Source of the DNA: Lytechinus pictus | Lineage: Eukaryota | Direction of reading: 5' to 3' | Assembly (NCBI RefSeq): GCF_037042905.1 | Contig: NC_087252.1 | Coordinates: forward strand, 25,484,001 to 25,548,000 | Length of the DNA stretch: 64,000 nt | In this document: in pieces, positions 12,646 through 26,310 of the stretch | How positions within the stretch are numbered: position 1 is the first letter of the stretch | Layout of the letters: each line of letters begins with the position of its first letter | Made by a program: the position numbers and the translations under genes | Notes under the pieces: model-generated | The model's input: the letters and a program-made list of their open reading frames with translations, nothing else | What the model was told of the DNA's origin: nothing | Database searches by the model: none

Positions 12646-13699
12646 AAAAGGATAGAGGTGAGTTTTAGCTTAATCTTAAAAGTTTCGACACACTTGCTAT
12701 TTACTGATCTCTCGCGGAAGGGAGTAGACCGGTTTACTAACATATTCAAATTTTATGCATACCAGATTAACAAAGGTTGCCCCTAACAACCGGAAAGTTT
12801 GCCCGAGGTTTGTCCGACGTAGAAACAACTAATGTATGCAAAGTGGATTCCAAGTATTGAAATACCATTGTGAGGTACAGGTTGAAGGAATAACTCGTTA
12901 CTAGGCCCCGAGGGAAGACACATTCATAAATTTGACTACATTAGAAAACCGGTCTATTCCATAGCGAGGGGCCCCGCATAGATCGATGAATGCCCCCCCC
13001 CCACCCCACTTTGTTCTTCATTTTGGAACTGACAGAAGACCGGATCGAGTAACTGGAGCATAGAAGCATATAGATAGTGTGTAGGCGTTGATGAGAGCAG
13101 TGTTGTACTGTGGAGCAAACCCATGAACTGAGTAATATACCAACAAAAGGATATTGAATTTGACACGTTCACTTATGGGCAACGAATGTAAAGATTTAAA
13201 AACATTTGGGTAAATTTGTTATGAAGGGTCACTATACATGTAGCAGAATTATATAGTTTAAACATATTTTTTGTAATTATGTAAGTGAATATCTTCTTCT
13301 TTGGTGGCCCTAAAAGATTAATCAATCGTAATTTAGAGACATGCTGACATTAAACAGACCTAATATTCACTGTAGCATACGTTTTGTCCCTGTGTAATTT
13401 TCAAGGACATTGTTTTTAGTTGTTCATTTACATGCCTAAACAGAATAATTGGTTACACAGAAATGAGCTTGATCTTTGAACAAAGTTACTAACAATTCTA
13501 TGAATCATGAAATGAAAATATAGCAACGATGTTTACATGCGAATAATGGAACGAATGTTATTATAATCCGCGTTTAGAAGACGGTATGTTTTATGGTACT
13601 CATTTTAACATATCTGTTTCTGTCATTAAAACTTGCCTAAAGTTTGTCTTAGATGGCAAATTATATATACTTTATGCAAACACTGTAACCTTCAACTGA

Positions 13700-13809
13700 T
13701 TGACTGATTGAATCCGACGACCGGGGTAATGATATATCTGTAAAGCGCTTAGACACGTCGTTCCGATGGATTAAGCGCTATATAAAAGCGGATTATTATT
13801 ATTATTATT
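13700..13809 (+). mobile_element. 3' tail of an L2-type LINE or SINE
   Basis: GTAAAGCGCTTAGA...TAAGCGCTATATAAAAGCGG followed by an (ATT)n tail. Confidence 0.65.
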
Positions 13810-16800
13810 CAAGCTGATTAGTGTGTCAAAACAACAGTGTCGAACTACAGAGTAAAAATGTCCCATCAGTTCTCTTGTATGAAGTATGAACATTTAATAA
13901 TTGATTTATTGATGTAACCTGGTAGATTTATCTTCCCTGGATATTTAGGTACCATTTCCATATGGATTTTCTCATGCACGACTGATTACCAGACAATCCC
14001 CAAAAGGTTGTAAAATCTCAGTTGCACCGAGTTGCTGGGTGAAGAATCAAACAAAGTGAGAACAAAGGTAATTGTATTCACGCAGAAAGACGCGTCCCCA
14101 TAATTCCACCCCCACACACACAACAACTCATAACACATTACCTGTCTTCATACCATTGGTCCATGTTCATACCCACTTCATACGACACATTATAGCTTCA
14201 TGATCAATTCATAAAGCATTTACTTTCCCCCATTCCCTTTATTTCATTGGTTATGTCTTTTGTTGATCAACAATGGCCACGTACGTCCCATCGTTTAACT
14301 TAAAAAAAGGCTACCCTGATTTGGAAGTAGTTGCTTATGTTGAGCCATTCACAAGTGTATGTGGATGTGGATGCTGGCGGTGCGTGGGAGAGATGATGTG
14401 TTGTGTGTGTGTGGATGGGTGTGTTTGTGTGTATCATGAATCATTTACACCGAAATAAAGGCCTTGTTTGAAATATAAATTGCTTTTACATACATGATTT
14501 ATTAATTTAATCCATCAAATTTTTTTTACAAAATACACCGATTTTATCTCATACGCTGAAACATTTATGACAACAAAGCCATACCAAAAATAACATTTTT
14601 ATGGAATACAGAATTTTCTTCTTTGATTTATTACATTATTCTATAATAATCACGTTTACAATAAAGAAAAGAGTGAATAACGTTTGATACTCGGTGAATT
14701 CTTTCAAAACATGCTAAACAATCACAATTTAGAACTCAAAATGAGTCTTTCTTCATGTTATCATAACATATTATATTCACAAAGTTTCTTATATACATGT
14801 ACTAATGGGGCTATGAATTATTGGTGAGCATTATTACCCCTATTTGAACCACAAGAGGGGTAAGGTGGTCACTTATTCGGTATTCTTGTAAGTTTATAAA
14901 TAAATAAAAGCTTAATTATTTACAGGAATATACGAAAAGCGGCGGAAGTGTCTTTAAAATCCTGACTTGTGTACATCTCAAACAGTTTTTCTGTCCAAAG
15001 GTTATATACATTAAAATAGATTATATACAATATAATACAATTATTCTGACAATGTTGGCAGAAAGAAGTATATAAGAGAAGAGCCCAGATACATGAAATA
15101 TTTTAAACAGGGTTTAACAAATAAAATGACAAATGAAGTGTAAAGCATAACTCATTTGAATAATTTCATTACAATAAATCACATCCATAGTAGTACACTG
15201 ATTTTTTTCTAAGTTGAGATCTCATTTCATGGCATTTAAACAGTTCCCATGACATATATATACAAGCAGATGAGGTCAATAACTGACCGAAATTATAAAA
15301 CCTAAGGATTTCAGCTGAAGTTGTTCGAATAGGATCTGAACACAATTTGTGAAAAAATGTAAACATAAGTCATAATATACTCCACTCGTTCGCTTTCGTG
15401 TTATTGAAAGAGAAATCGGGGATTTCAACGTACGGTTTCTCATTTATCCGAACCCATGTTATACCACCTACCTAATAATATATATATATATTTTTTACAA
15501 ATTATTGACACTTTTTCGAAAAAACAAAACGTGGTAAAAATAAAATACTTAAACATTATAATTATGATAATCTATGAACTCAAAGAATTAGTTTTGATTG
15601 GATAAATTATCTTATCACTAGGCATAAAGCTTAAATAATCCGAACATTCATTTTATTTGTGTAGTTAGTTAGCTATTGCGCATGAAATTGGTATTACTAT
15701 CAGTGTACATTCTGGATATCAACGGAGCCCTCCATTCCTCTAAAACAAATACATATATAAGCAAAAACAGGACGACAAACTCACATACAAAAATGACTTA
15801 CCAAATTCCCATAGACCATGCACATAGACTTATAATACAAAAATATACATATTGAACACCGATATAACAATGGGACCAAAATATTATACAAACGTCATTA
15901 ACAACGTTTTTTTTTTAATATTAAAGTTATGGGCCTACAGACTTTTAGACGAAAAGATATGAAATATATACGAAATGGGGGAGAGGAAAAGGGGAGAATA
16001 CTAATAGTCTACACCGTCGATCTCTAACTCGGTACATCATTCTGAATTAACTTAAAAAAAGCTTATTTCTGGTAGAGAGTCGTGCGAGCAAATCGCACTG
16101 TGATTATCATCTTATGAGTGCTCCCTAGTCTATTCTTGTTCAAAATGACACTAATTATTCTATATGAACACATTCATCATTGATTATCCTGTGAACAGCT
16201 TGTAAAGCAAACATTATTTATCATAATACCATCTATACCACATAATCATTACGGTCATTATCTTGTTGCAGTCTAATACACAAAATATGAAACAGCAAAG
16301 AAATAATTATACACAAATAAATTTTCATATGATTATACACATATACACAAAATACGAAATACCAAAGAAATAATTATACACAACTAAATTTTCATATAAT
16401 TATACACATATTTAATGCAAAGCAGTATACACTTGAATAAAAAAATCTTCCATCATTCACCAAGAGCATATGGCACACTAATTACTATCTTAGCTTCCTT
16501 CTTGATCGAAAGGACACTTCAATATTGATAAATTTAAAATATATCATTACCTCGGGAACAACTTCATACAAGCATTTGTTAATGAATTTGTCATCAACAA
16601 CTTATTTTCATGCATATACATATACATACTGTCGACAATATTATTGGTAAAAGAGAAAATGATCTCCTTGGAAAAGGGATCACAATACGAATAGCCGCTT
16701 ATCAGTTAATGCAGCCTGTAATAGTGAAATAACTCTTCCAAATCAATTAAATACATAGTTATTATCTAAAGAATACATTCAATAAACAGATAATTAATGC

Positions 16801-17859
16801 TACTGGAGTACAATTAAGCACATTAATGATAATAAAAACACATTGACATATTTGTGTGCATGTATACACTACGAAAACAGTTTAGTCATTTTCATTATAT
16901 TCTTGCATGGGTTTTTTTCAGTGAGTTTTGAAGGAGCTGACTGAATTTTTTTGATTGATATTTTCTGGTAAAGCATTCAACATGTCAGATCTACAATGTT
17001 TTATCGACCTTTTCTCGTATTATGTATGAAATTAAGTCAAATAACAAATATGTATTGACAATGCAAACAATAAAACTTGAATATATGACTAAACAGACAC
17101 AAGAATAAAGAGATACACTTCATGCTATTTAGTAAAAATTAGCAAACCTGAATAAGACTATTATCTATTCATAATTGCCACCAAACGACATATTGATACA
17201 TGAAATTTTATGGTTTCTTAGGTGTGTACAATGTCTATACAACGATGGGGAGTCTTTCTTCTTCATTTTAAATATACAATGCAATTTTACATAACAGATG
17301 AAAACATCTGTCAGTAGAGAAAAAAAAAACATATACATGTTCAAAGATTATGATGGTTTCTAATGTGGGCAAAGAAATAATAACACTCATAAATGACACT
17401 TAATTTCTAAATTTGTCGATAAATCGTGATCGATAAGATGATCAATTAATAAATTACGGAATATACATCTATAAACATTCTTAACTGAATATCATATATC
17501 AATAATGTCAATGAAAAGAACATGATCGGTGCAGTAATTATTTGATTGTTGCACAACACACATATTAATATGTTGATAAAAAGACCATGGTTGGTATCAT
17601 AATGACTTAATAGATTACACATCATGCAAGTATAATTTTACATACCGTTAAGAAAGTGAAAAATGCGTCCATTGTCAGAACACAATTGGCGTGATTATGA
17701 ACGATGAAATCACGCAACATATATTTTGCTGGATCGGCAATACCCCCAAAAGGTATAACTTAATTTGATAGTATTGTACAATCGATTATTGGAATTTCAG
17801 TTTCTTGTTTTAATTGATCTGTGAATTGTCAATTCGAATACAATTTAACATTTTTCAAT

Positions 17860-18150
17860 TTTTTATTTTCATTTCATTTATTTTTCCATTTCCAACAATC
17901 ATTTACAATAAGTTTTGTTACATCCATCTTGATATAATCATTAAATCAAATAAACTTATTATATGTAATAATTAAGATAACAGGTCGGAAACGGAGGAAG
18001 CTGCAAAAAAAGCGAAGCTTGTAGAATGCAGCCTCCTATTACATATTTGTATGAACAATGTAAACAAAACACAAATACAACATGTAGAAATTTTAGCTTA
18101 AATCTATTTAAACGAATAGTTCAATATCTCATCTAAATAGCTTTCATTAG
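17860..18150 (-). mobile_element. Probable 5'-truncated LINE 3' UTR remnant
   Basis: On the minus strand, a GGAGGCTGCA...TGCAGCTTCC stem-loop (17994-18035) is followed by AATAAA and an AAATG-type tail near 17860-17885. Confidence 0.4.
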
Positions 18151-18279
18151 TCAATGCGTCGAATGTCACAGCACTAAACTCTTATCATAAACATATTATA
18201 ACATACATGATATAAGCATAAGGAAGCATAGCGTAGGATATGGCTCAATAATGCATGCTAATATCGAAATGCATTGAAG

Positions 18280-18575
18280 ATATAACAAAATAATATACTT
18301 CTAAGAACATGGCCTTCAGGAAGTTCTGAAAAACTTGCAAGGCTAGTCGGCCTGATCCATGTTTGGAGCATGTTCCACATACGTGAGTGAGGGAGGGTGC
18401 AATGGATATGGATCTGCCACCTGTACGGTCAATAATCCTTGGAACAGAGAGGAAAGTTGGAACCTTACTGGAACGAAGACCTTGCATTTAACTTTGATAT
18501 GGAATGATCAGGTCTTTTAGATAGGAATGAGTACTATTTTGAAGACGTTTGTAGGTAACTATTGTTGTTTTATTT
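18280..18575 (-). mobile_element. Decayed L2/CR1-group LINE ORF2 C-terminal fragment
   Basis: Minus strand reads KTTIVTYKRLQNSTHSYLKDLIIPYQ.. then GLRSSKVPTFLSVPR..GGRSISIAPSL, with a stop/frameshift. Confidence 0.7.
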
Positions 18576-20372
18576 ATTACAATTTATAAAAAGATGGATT
18601 GTAATGCACATTTATGCACGGTGTACTTTTTTAGAACATATCATCCGTATTGCGACGACATGACCATATGACGATGCCTTTATACCGACAGGTGAAGAAA
18701 GGGCGCCATAATCAGGGAAGACCAACTCTCAAGAAATGTAAAGACACTCATAAGACAACCGTTAAGAAAACTGAAACCTCATCGCAGACTCTTGGGAAGG
18801 AACAACCCACGAGGCTAGGTCTTTGAAAGGACCAACATTTGTACCAGGCATGAGGGACTTTGACACCGATAGAGCAGCTGCCATCCAGTCAAAGAAGGAG
18901 AGAAGGAGACACAGCCTATCCTTGGAATCTTTCCCTTGTAGCTGCTGTTATGTCAGTATGCATCGCGAATCGGACTTAAATCTCAAATGAAACCCATTTC
19001 GGAAAAATAATTATCTGCTTCCTCATCTGTCGCAAAAGATTTCATAACTTTGAGAGTCAACATAGTAAATGATGTCTGTCATTCCCTGCTTCGCTCGCAC
19101 TGAGGCCATTATTAGTTTACATTCTTGTAGACTTGTAACGAATCATTTACATTGAAATATTTTTTTTCTACTGTACTGTGTCATCATTTATGTTATGTTT
19201 ATTTCATGTGTATTCGTAAGTATTGTTTTATGCATTTTCTATTGTATTGATGATAATCCCAAAATCTGATTTTTTTTCAATAAATTGAATTGGTTTTATT
19301 ATATTCTCCTAAATTCTCCTGTTGATATATCATGATATTCTCCACATACTTCATCTGTTCATTCGTTGCAGTCTCCCGAACTTCATGTACACAATTCAAA
19401 ATGGTTTTGAAGCGTCACATGATTAATTTGCATTGAGGTGTGGACTCTTCCGTCTTTCGGACTTTGTCGCCTCTTTAATCAACTGGTAAAGATGCGACAA
19501 CCATAGTACCAGTGGTAATAGCAGTAGTAATCTCCATAATTTACTAGCCAAATTCTTTGGTAGCTCCTCTAGCAATCATTTAGGTGAGTTTGTGCATATT
19601 TGTAACGAATCTTGCAGCTGTTCAGCCGTACAATTTGCCGCTAAGGAATTGTTGATGATAGAAAATTACATGTGCTTCCATCATGTCCCAGTAGCTCCTC
19701 AGTAGTTATTTCCGTCACATATGATGTGGTGACCTAGGACCATAGATTCGTTAATATTTTATTCAACGAGAAATGTCACAATTCCCTCAGCTCTGTAGTC
19801 AGCCATATCCTAGCATAGTATTCGACTCTGTTCTCTGTAGAGGCCTTCATTTCTCTTCCGACTCGGTTGGGGAGAGGAGAAACCAAATGCTGGATCCGGG
19901 AGAAAATCACTGAAGGCAAAAATCAGCTAATGCAGCTGAATAAGAGAAACTCTTCAAATACAGCCATTGGAAAAGGCGACCAGATAGCCTAGTCCAGGAA
20001 GGCAAGGCTGGCCGGGCTAAGTCAGTGGAAGACATGGCGGATATCAAATGGACGGGGTGGGGATGACCGTGGCAAAGGAAATGCATACATGATAATGCCA
20101 ATAGTTCATTGATGATTATGGCAACACAGCAGTATATAGAAGAACTTGGGTCTGCTACACTCGTCATTCTGCGAATGTTAAAGCCTATAGTAGTAATCTC
20201 TTTTAATGTTTAAACAAAAATTTTAGAGGAAATTTAACATAACCCGATCGATGTATACACTGAAACATTATTGAAAACGAAAAGAGAATATCAAGTGTAC
20301 GTATTCAATGAACCGATGACCTCTGTATTCGTAACATTGTTCAATGTACCACACCCTCCTTGGTGACAATTT

Positions 20373-23300
20373 CTAATGATGGATTGTTTTTAGGTCAGCT
20401 AGGGCTTCCTCCTTTGTTATTGACCTCCACGAAGGAGGTACGTCAGCGAATGAATCACTGTACAATTTGTTGTTTGCCATAACCCACATCCAATATTTGG
20501 ACATACTGTTGGTGGAATCAGGAGCTATGTCCCATTCCGGAAGGTAAGTCTTGTATTCTGGATATTTGTGGTAGACGATATTCATGCCAGTAGCTGAACA
20601 CCTGCCAGAATCTCGGCACTTGAAGTCACAAGCGTCACAACCGAACTCCATGTCCTTCCCCTGTATGGAATAGTTACAGGTCTGATTAAGCAGCTGGTTT
20701 TTGCCGGTTTTCACCCCAGCAAAAATACGTACTCCAAGAAGTCCCCTTGGTCTGTGCTGAACACATGTGTGCCTCCTCCCATATAATGAAAAATGTCCAG
20801 GTGTGTTGTCTACACAGGGCGAGTGACAGAATGGGCATTGTTCAGGGCAACCCCAGATCTTGTCTAGAATTTGCTGTGGTGGAGGTGTCCAATTCCAGTC
20901 AACAGATTTTTCGGTTTCAATGGCAAAGGTATCTTGAAGACTTACTTGGATTTGACCAAGCTGGTATAGGACAATCTTTTTCAGATTGTCGAAATTCACC
21001 ACTAATCGATCACTAACAAAGGTGAGTGCACTGACTGGCACTACTATCTCTTCCGATGCACTCTGACAGAACTTTTCAATCCACCGTTCAATCCTCCTGT
21101 CTCTTGGTCCCTCGACCTCAACAGTAGCATTCTCAACACTTTTGGTAATACATCGTATGACCCTTGCAATATGGCTGTTGGCTATTTCCGCATACCTGGA
21201 CATGCCATTACCACTTTGTCTCGAAAACATCTTTTCATTTGTGTACATAGTAATCCAGTTTAAAGCAAACAATTTGCCGTCGTTTAAGTAAGCTTTATAT
21301 TCCTTGAAGTTTTCTTCCTCAGCTAGGTCTTTCAACATGTTTACAAGCAGGTAGCATTTGGTCATCTGGAAGTCTCTGAGAACTTCATCAATGCATTTTC
21401 TTGGAATTGCCTTCTCTACTGCCTTTTGAATAACCCCCTCCAAATGTGTGCATAAGAGGTCACCTGCCATGGCCTCTTCAGTGCTCTGCTTGACCTTGTT
21501 CTTGAAAAGACTCCAGGCAGTATTCCTGTAGACTAGTAGCTTGGCCTTCACCCCATGTTTGTTGTTATACTTTCGTTGCATTGAGCTGAACACCTGGACA
21601 CAGTGACGACTTACATGAACTGCTAATTTAACGGCATATCCAGGAATAATCGTGAAATTGTAGTCATTGGAAACATGTGCATGCTGATTGAAAGTATCAA
21701 TTTTGTCCATGAGTATTTTTACGACACATGCGGCATGAGTTTTCTGGAATTTCATGTCCTGATTAGAAATGCCTTTTAAATAAGTATCAATCTCATTTAG
21801 GATACTTCTTGTCATCACCAATGTCATCTGTCTTGCAGCCTCTAATTCTAGGTTACTTTCATCAGCCAGGTTCTCGATATTTTTCAATAAGGATGTTTTC
21901 AAAGTGACATGTTCCTGTTTAACATCATCTACAGTGATACTGCTTTCTAAGGATGTCTGCTCAAGTTGAATATTCAAAGAATGGCGCTTCAGCTCATCTC
22001 TAAGTAAAGCTCTATGTGCATGAAATCTTTGGAAAAGAATCCCCTCCATCACTAAATCCATTTGCAACTCCTTGTCCTCGGTATGTGTGGCAAGTTCCTT
22101 TACCATTGACAACCAAATGGTATCAAACTTTTTTTCCTGTTCGGGATCAGTCATGTTTTTACCTTTCATTTCTTCTGCCAGTTCCACTGCTTTGTTCATG
22201 ATATACGCCTCATGCTTTGACCACTTCTGTGTCTGCATTATCTCCACTCGGCGTGCTTCTTTGATTGAACGCAGATCCGCCTCGCCCTCATGTCGCAGTT
22301 GCTCAACTTCAAATTTCAGTTGGTACAGCTTGCTCTGCTGCCATTGGATAATTATTTCCTGCAAGTTGCAATTGTTGAAGTAATGCTCTAAATAACATTT
22401 GGTTTCTTCAGCTTTTTCGGTCAGAACTTTAGAGAGTTTGACGGTGAGGGACAGGAAGGAACTTTCTAGGTCATCGATAGATTCACATATCTCTAACTTT
22501 AACCTTGCAAAGTTTAGCCATGATTTCATTGAGTTTTGCAAATCCCATTCCAAAGTGTAGTATTTGGATTGCAAACTGTTGTAGGCTTTCACCTCAAGAC
22601 TGTTGCGAAAGCTAAAGACGAAATCATCAGCAAGCACGCCATTCCATAGATCTGCAAGGCGAATCGACAGATCTGAAGAAGTCAGAAATGTTGTATGCCT
22701 CTTTGCAATCTCCTCCAAAATGTTTAGCCTCACCGCACCTACCTTTTCACTGTAACCAGGATTTACAGGGGCCATGGGTGGATTGCCATGCCACAGATCA
22801 GGGACGTACCAGACATGAGTTTTGACGTCAAAACTGATAATCTGTGAGAAACTATGTACATTTGCTATGTTCTCACTGAGAGCCACTTCCTTGGTCATTT
22901 CATCCAAACTCTCCTCTAATTTCTGACTTCCATATATCATAAGTTCTTCTGCATTAGCTGATGGGACATTCTGATGAACAAATATGCAAGTTCTGTGATC
23001 TTTTATGTATTTACTGACAAGATTCATCCTTAAGAACGCATGCACTGCAATTTGCAGAATGTCTTTCATTTCGGCTGTGTTTTCTCCTCTGATATTAATG
23101 ATGGTCACATCTCCCAGACCAATTACGAAAGTTGCAAGCTCATTATCATGCTCGTACATGATTTGTTTTAGTTCTGGTGCCCGAAGCCCCTCTGTATCTA
23201 CAACAACAACATAATCAAAAGGCAGATCAGCGTTCCCCTCTACAGGGATGAGTTGCATGTATGCTCCCCTCGTGCATCTACCTGCACTTACAGCGATCTG

Positions 23301-25336
23301 CAACCCAAACATGGTGTTGAGAAGTGTAGATTTCCCAGAGCTTTGGATGCCCAAGACAGAGAGAACAAAGAGTCTTTTTTCCCCGATAATGTTTCCAAGT
23401 TTACTTAGCACTGCAGAAACCCATGTAATAGGGACACTCGATGTGTCTCCATCTACCAATTCCAAGGGGCTGCCCTTCAACAACAATTTCGCAGCTATTT
23501 CTGGCAGAATTTCTACATCTGCCTTTGTGTCTTGTCCTACTTTTCTGCTCCCCTTCACCGCCTCGTAAATTTGACCAATTTCTCTGAAAAGATTTTCTAG
23601 TCCAAATGATGCTCTTGCAAGACGACCCTCGGCATCATCCACTTGTGCTTTCATTTGCGGCAAGTTTGCCATCTCCTGTTTCTTCTTGGCCTCACTGAAT
23701 TCATTCCAGGCGGTGTAATACTGCCTGCGTAGTCCTGGTAGGTTGGCTCTCGTTATTTCATTCAATAAGAGATCGATCCACCTTAGGAAATACATAGCAA
23801 CATCTGGATTCTTTCGCAGATTTGACATGAAGTTTTTGATGAAAGGTGTTAAACTTCCTTGGTATATTTTTACCTGCTGTTCACGGAGACGGCCTAATGT
23901 CCGTGTCATTTTGTCTCGATATGCTGATGTCGACTGTGATACCTCTCTTCTCATTCTGTGTTGACTCTTTAGCACTTTGCAGTATTCAGTCCATTCAACA
24001 CATTGCATCGGAAGTAGGAGGGATTTACGGTCGGTGATAGGTATATCTTCCATGTGGCTGACAACCTCTTCTGCCAAGACCTTACCTTTAAGACACATTT
24101 CATCATCATACTCATCGATGATGATCCCTATTTTCTTTGCACGTAGAGCACACTCTTCTACCATTATACTCGTAGTACATCCAGCGATAGCCTCTGACAG
24201 TTTTTCTCTAGCTTCAGTCTTGAGGTCACTGGCATTTTTATCAATACCTTCGCGGGTGCTGGATAAGATTATAGGGACCCCTCTCATAACTGCGTCATGA
24301 TAGGCTTGTAGATCTTGTGTAATCTGTTTGTTTTTTCCATTGATCAGAAGGATGACTTTAGCACTACTTTTCAAAATCCGTTGCAATGTCATGGTGTTTT
24401 GAGCTCTTGTCAGGTCTTTAGCACTGGCTGTAACAAATATCACGGATGATATTTCCTGCAAAATCTGCATCTGTTTTTTCATTAATGAGGCATCGCCTCT
24501 CAAATTTAGGATCATTGTTGTGCCTGGTAGGTGGTCGTTCTTTTTACCCACTTTTATGAACCAGGAACATTCCACAAGACCATCAGTCATCCTTCTGGGT
24601 ATGGTACCATTGATGCAATCTTTGTGAAAGAATGTATCATGACTGTCATCTCTAAGAATATCATTTACCAGCTTGGATTTAGACAGTGGTGGCCTACCCA
24701 ATCTGAGGAAAGTCACCAGAGGAAAAGGGTTTCCCGTCACTGTCGTCTCCGGAGCTTTCTCATGTTTGGTATGCCACTGCAGAATTATCGTTCTAAGAGC
24801 CCAAAGGGACATCCCAATATTGCCTGCTGTTCCTATGGGATAAAGAAAAGGAATTGCCAGCTTGCAAACAAATAACATCTGAGCAAGTTTTTGTTTTAGG
24901 AAGTTGTCACAGCATGTAAATATTGCCACCATGACATCCAAAGTGTTGAGATGAGTTGCATTGCCTTTGCAGCCACCAGTATTCGGTATTTCAAGAAGAG
25001 GAGCTTGTGCATCAAACCCATCTCTGCCGTCAGGCCTCTCTTCTTTCGATGATTTGTTCAGCATCGCTGAAAGTTGGTCTCTTGCATGAAAATCAGTCAT
25101 GAGGAGTTTTTGTATAATCATCCAGGGAAGATCAATAGGCTTAAGGTGCCCAGAAAACTGTTTAATGACCACGGCATCCAAAAGGGATATCTTAGATGGA
25201 AAATATATGTCTAAGCCTAGGGTCTTCAGGATATCTGAAAAATTACCTTGCTCTGTTTCCCCTGCATTGGCTGCCATAAATGTTTCCTCCTGATGTGAAT
25301 TGTCTTCTTCTTCCACAGTTACATACTTGTTCAGAC
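20373..25336 (-). CDS. GVIN1: Interferon-induced very large GTPase 1-like (GVIN/URGCP, VLIG-type GTPase); large terminal coding exon of ~1650 codons
   Basis: Open frame 20373-25535. P-loop VLGIQSSGKSTLLN (~23320-23360), GRCTRGAYMQL, DTEGLRAPEL, HDNELATFVIGLGD, FVHQNV, FVFSFRNSLE, N-terminal CKLAIPFL/SKSKLVN/NLRGDA block and C-terminal IWGCPEQCPFC..HRP. The first ~66 codons of the ORF are AT-rich and intron-like. The symbol denotes the family, not orthology. Confidence 0.93.
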
Positions 25337-25365
25337 CTGCAATTGATATTGGAACACGAAATAAA
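25337..25365 (-). promoter_or_regulatory. Putative 3' splice acceptor (phase 1) of the GVIN exon
   Basis: Minus strand TTTATTTCGTGTTCCAATATCAATTGCAG|GTCTGAAC. Composition switches from AT-rich to coding-like here. An in-frame ATG at 25277 is the alternative start. Confidence 0.6.
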
Positions 25366-25929
25366 CATTTAAGATAAAACACATTTTGTAAAACATTTGA
25401 ATAAATCCTACACATGATAATTTCAAATTCATTATAAAGTATGGACAGCAACAGTTTGAATGATTTTCTTGTTAAGTAAATAAGGTACACACATTTCCTA
25501 CAATTCTTAATATTATTATCATAAGTGCTTGCCATGTCTTCTGATCATGCTAATAGTAATAGTACACCATTTTGTAGAAATGGACACTTATCTGTAAGAA
25601 AATCTGAGGGGCCATTTGGGGGAAATGAGAGTGGAATTTTTATCGCTACATGCGTCATGATCAAGAGTGCACTAGTTTTGCATTAGTCTTAAGCATTGGA
25701 ACTACATATACATGTAAATGATTTATTTTTTAATGAGGATAGCTCAGCAAACCTTAGAATAGAACGCAATGTGCATGATGAATCTTTTTATTCAATTTCG
25801 TAACCATTAAATTAACATGCCACATCCTTCAACATTCACCTACGCCACATCTCAATCATGCCGATAGAAAATAACTTTGACTGTCCGCCTACACCATAAT
25901 GTCATGTAAACCTCACGGCACTATCTGGT

Positions 25930-26310
25930 TATAAATCGGCGCCGGTAAAGAAAAATTTGCGCTGCCTGAGTTCTTAACCGGCGCCGATCAAGGATAATCA
26001 GCGCCACCTAAATCTAAATCGGCGCCAGACAAGAATAATCGGCGCCTCCTGGTTCTAAATCGGCGCTAGTCAATTATGAATTGCCGCTGTCTAAATCTTA
26101 CGTGACGTCGGTAAAAAATAATCAGCACTACTTGTTTAAATCGGTGCTGCCTTTGTCTTAACCGGCGCCATCTAAATTTAAATCGGCGCCGGTCAAGAAT
26201 GATCAGCGTCCCCTGAATCCAATAAATAGGCGCCGGTAGAATAATAAAGAAGGGCCTATTGCTAACCAAATCTAGATCGGTGCCGGTCAAGAATGATCAG
26301 CGGCACCCGG
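25930..26310. repeat. Degenerate ~42-bp tandem repeats (AAATCGGCGCCGGTCAAGAATAATCAGCGCC core)
   Basis: The core recurs at ~25933, 25976, 26016, 26058 and onward to ~26290. Confidence 0.8.

Larger units (their letters stand above)
1..13440. repeat. Tandem array of a ~2.04-2.07 kb unit (about 4 units, ending at ~13440; interrupted by insertions)
   Basis: Anchor CTATGACTGCTTCA recurs at 1, 3411, 5448 and 7517. Units share (CA)n tracts at ~3991, ~5994 and ~9184 and an L2-like fragment. The last unit breaks at ~9342 and resumes at 12646. Confidence 0.95.

Noticed and set aside
18600..20200. Possible extra exons or ORF (19907-20167) downstream of GVIN
   Set aside because: Mildly GC-rich but no recognisable protein motif or consistent frame; probably 3' UTR or very old TE debris.
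25337..25535. N-terminal 66 aa of the 1720-aa ORF
   Set aside because: AT-rich and upstream of a good acceptor; probably intron read-through.
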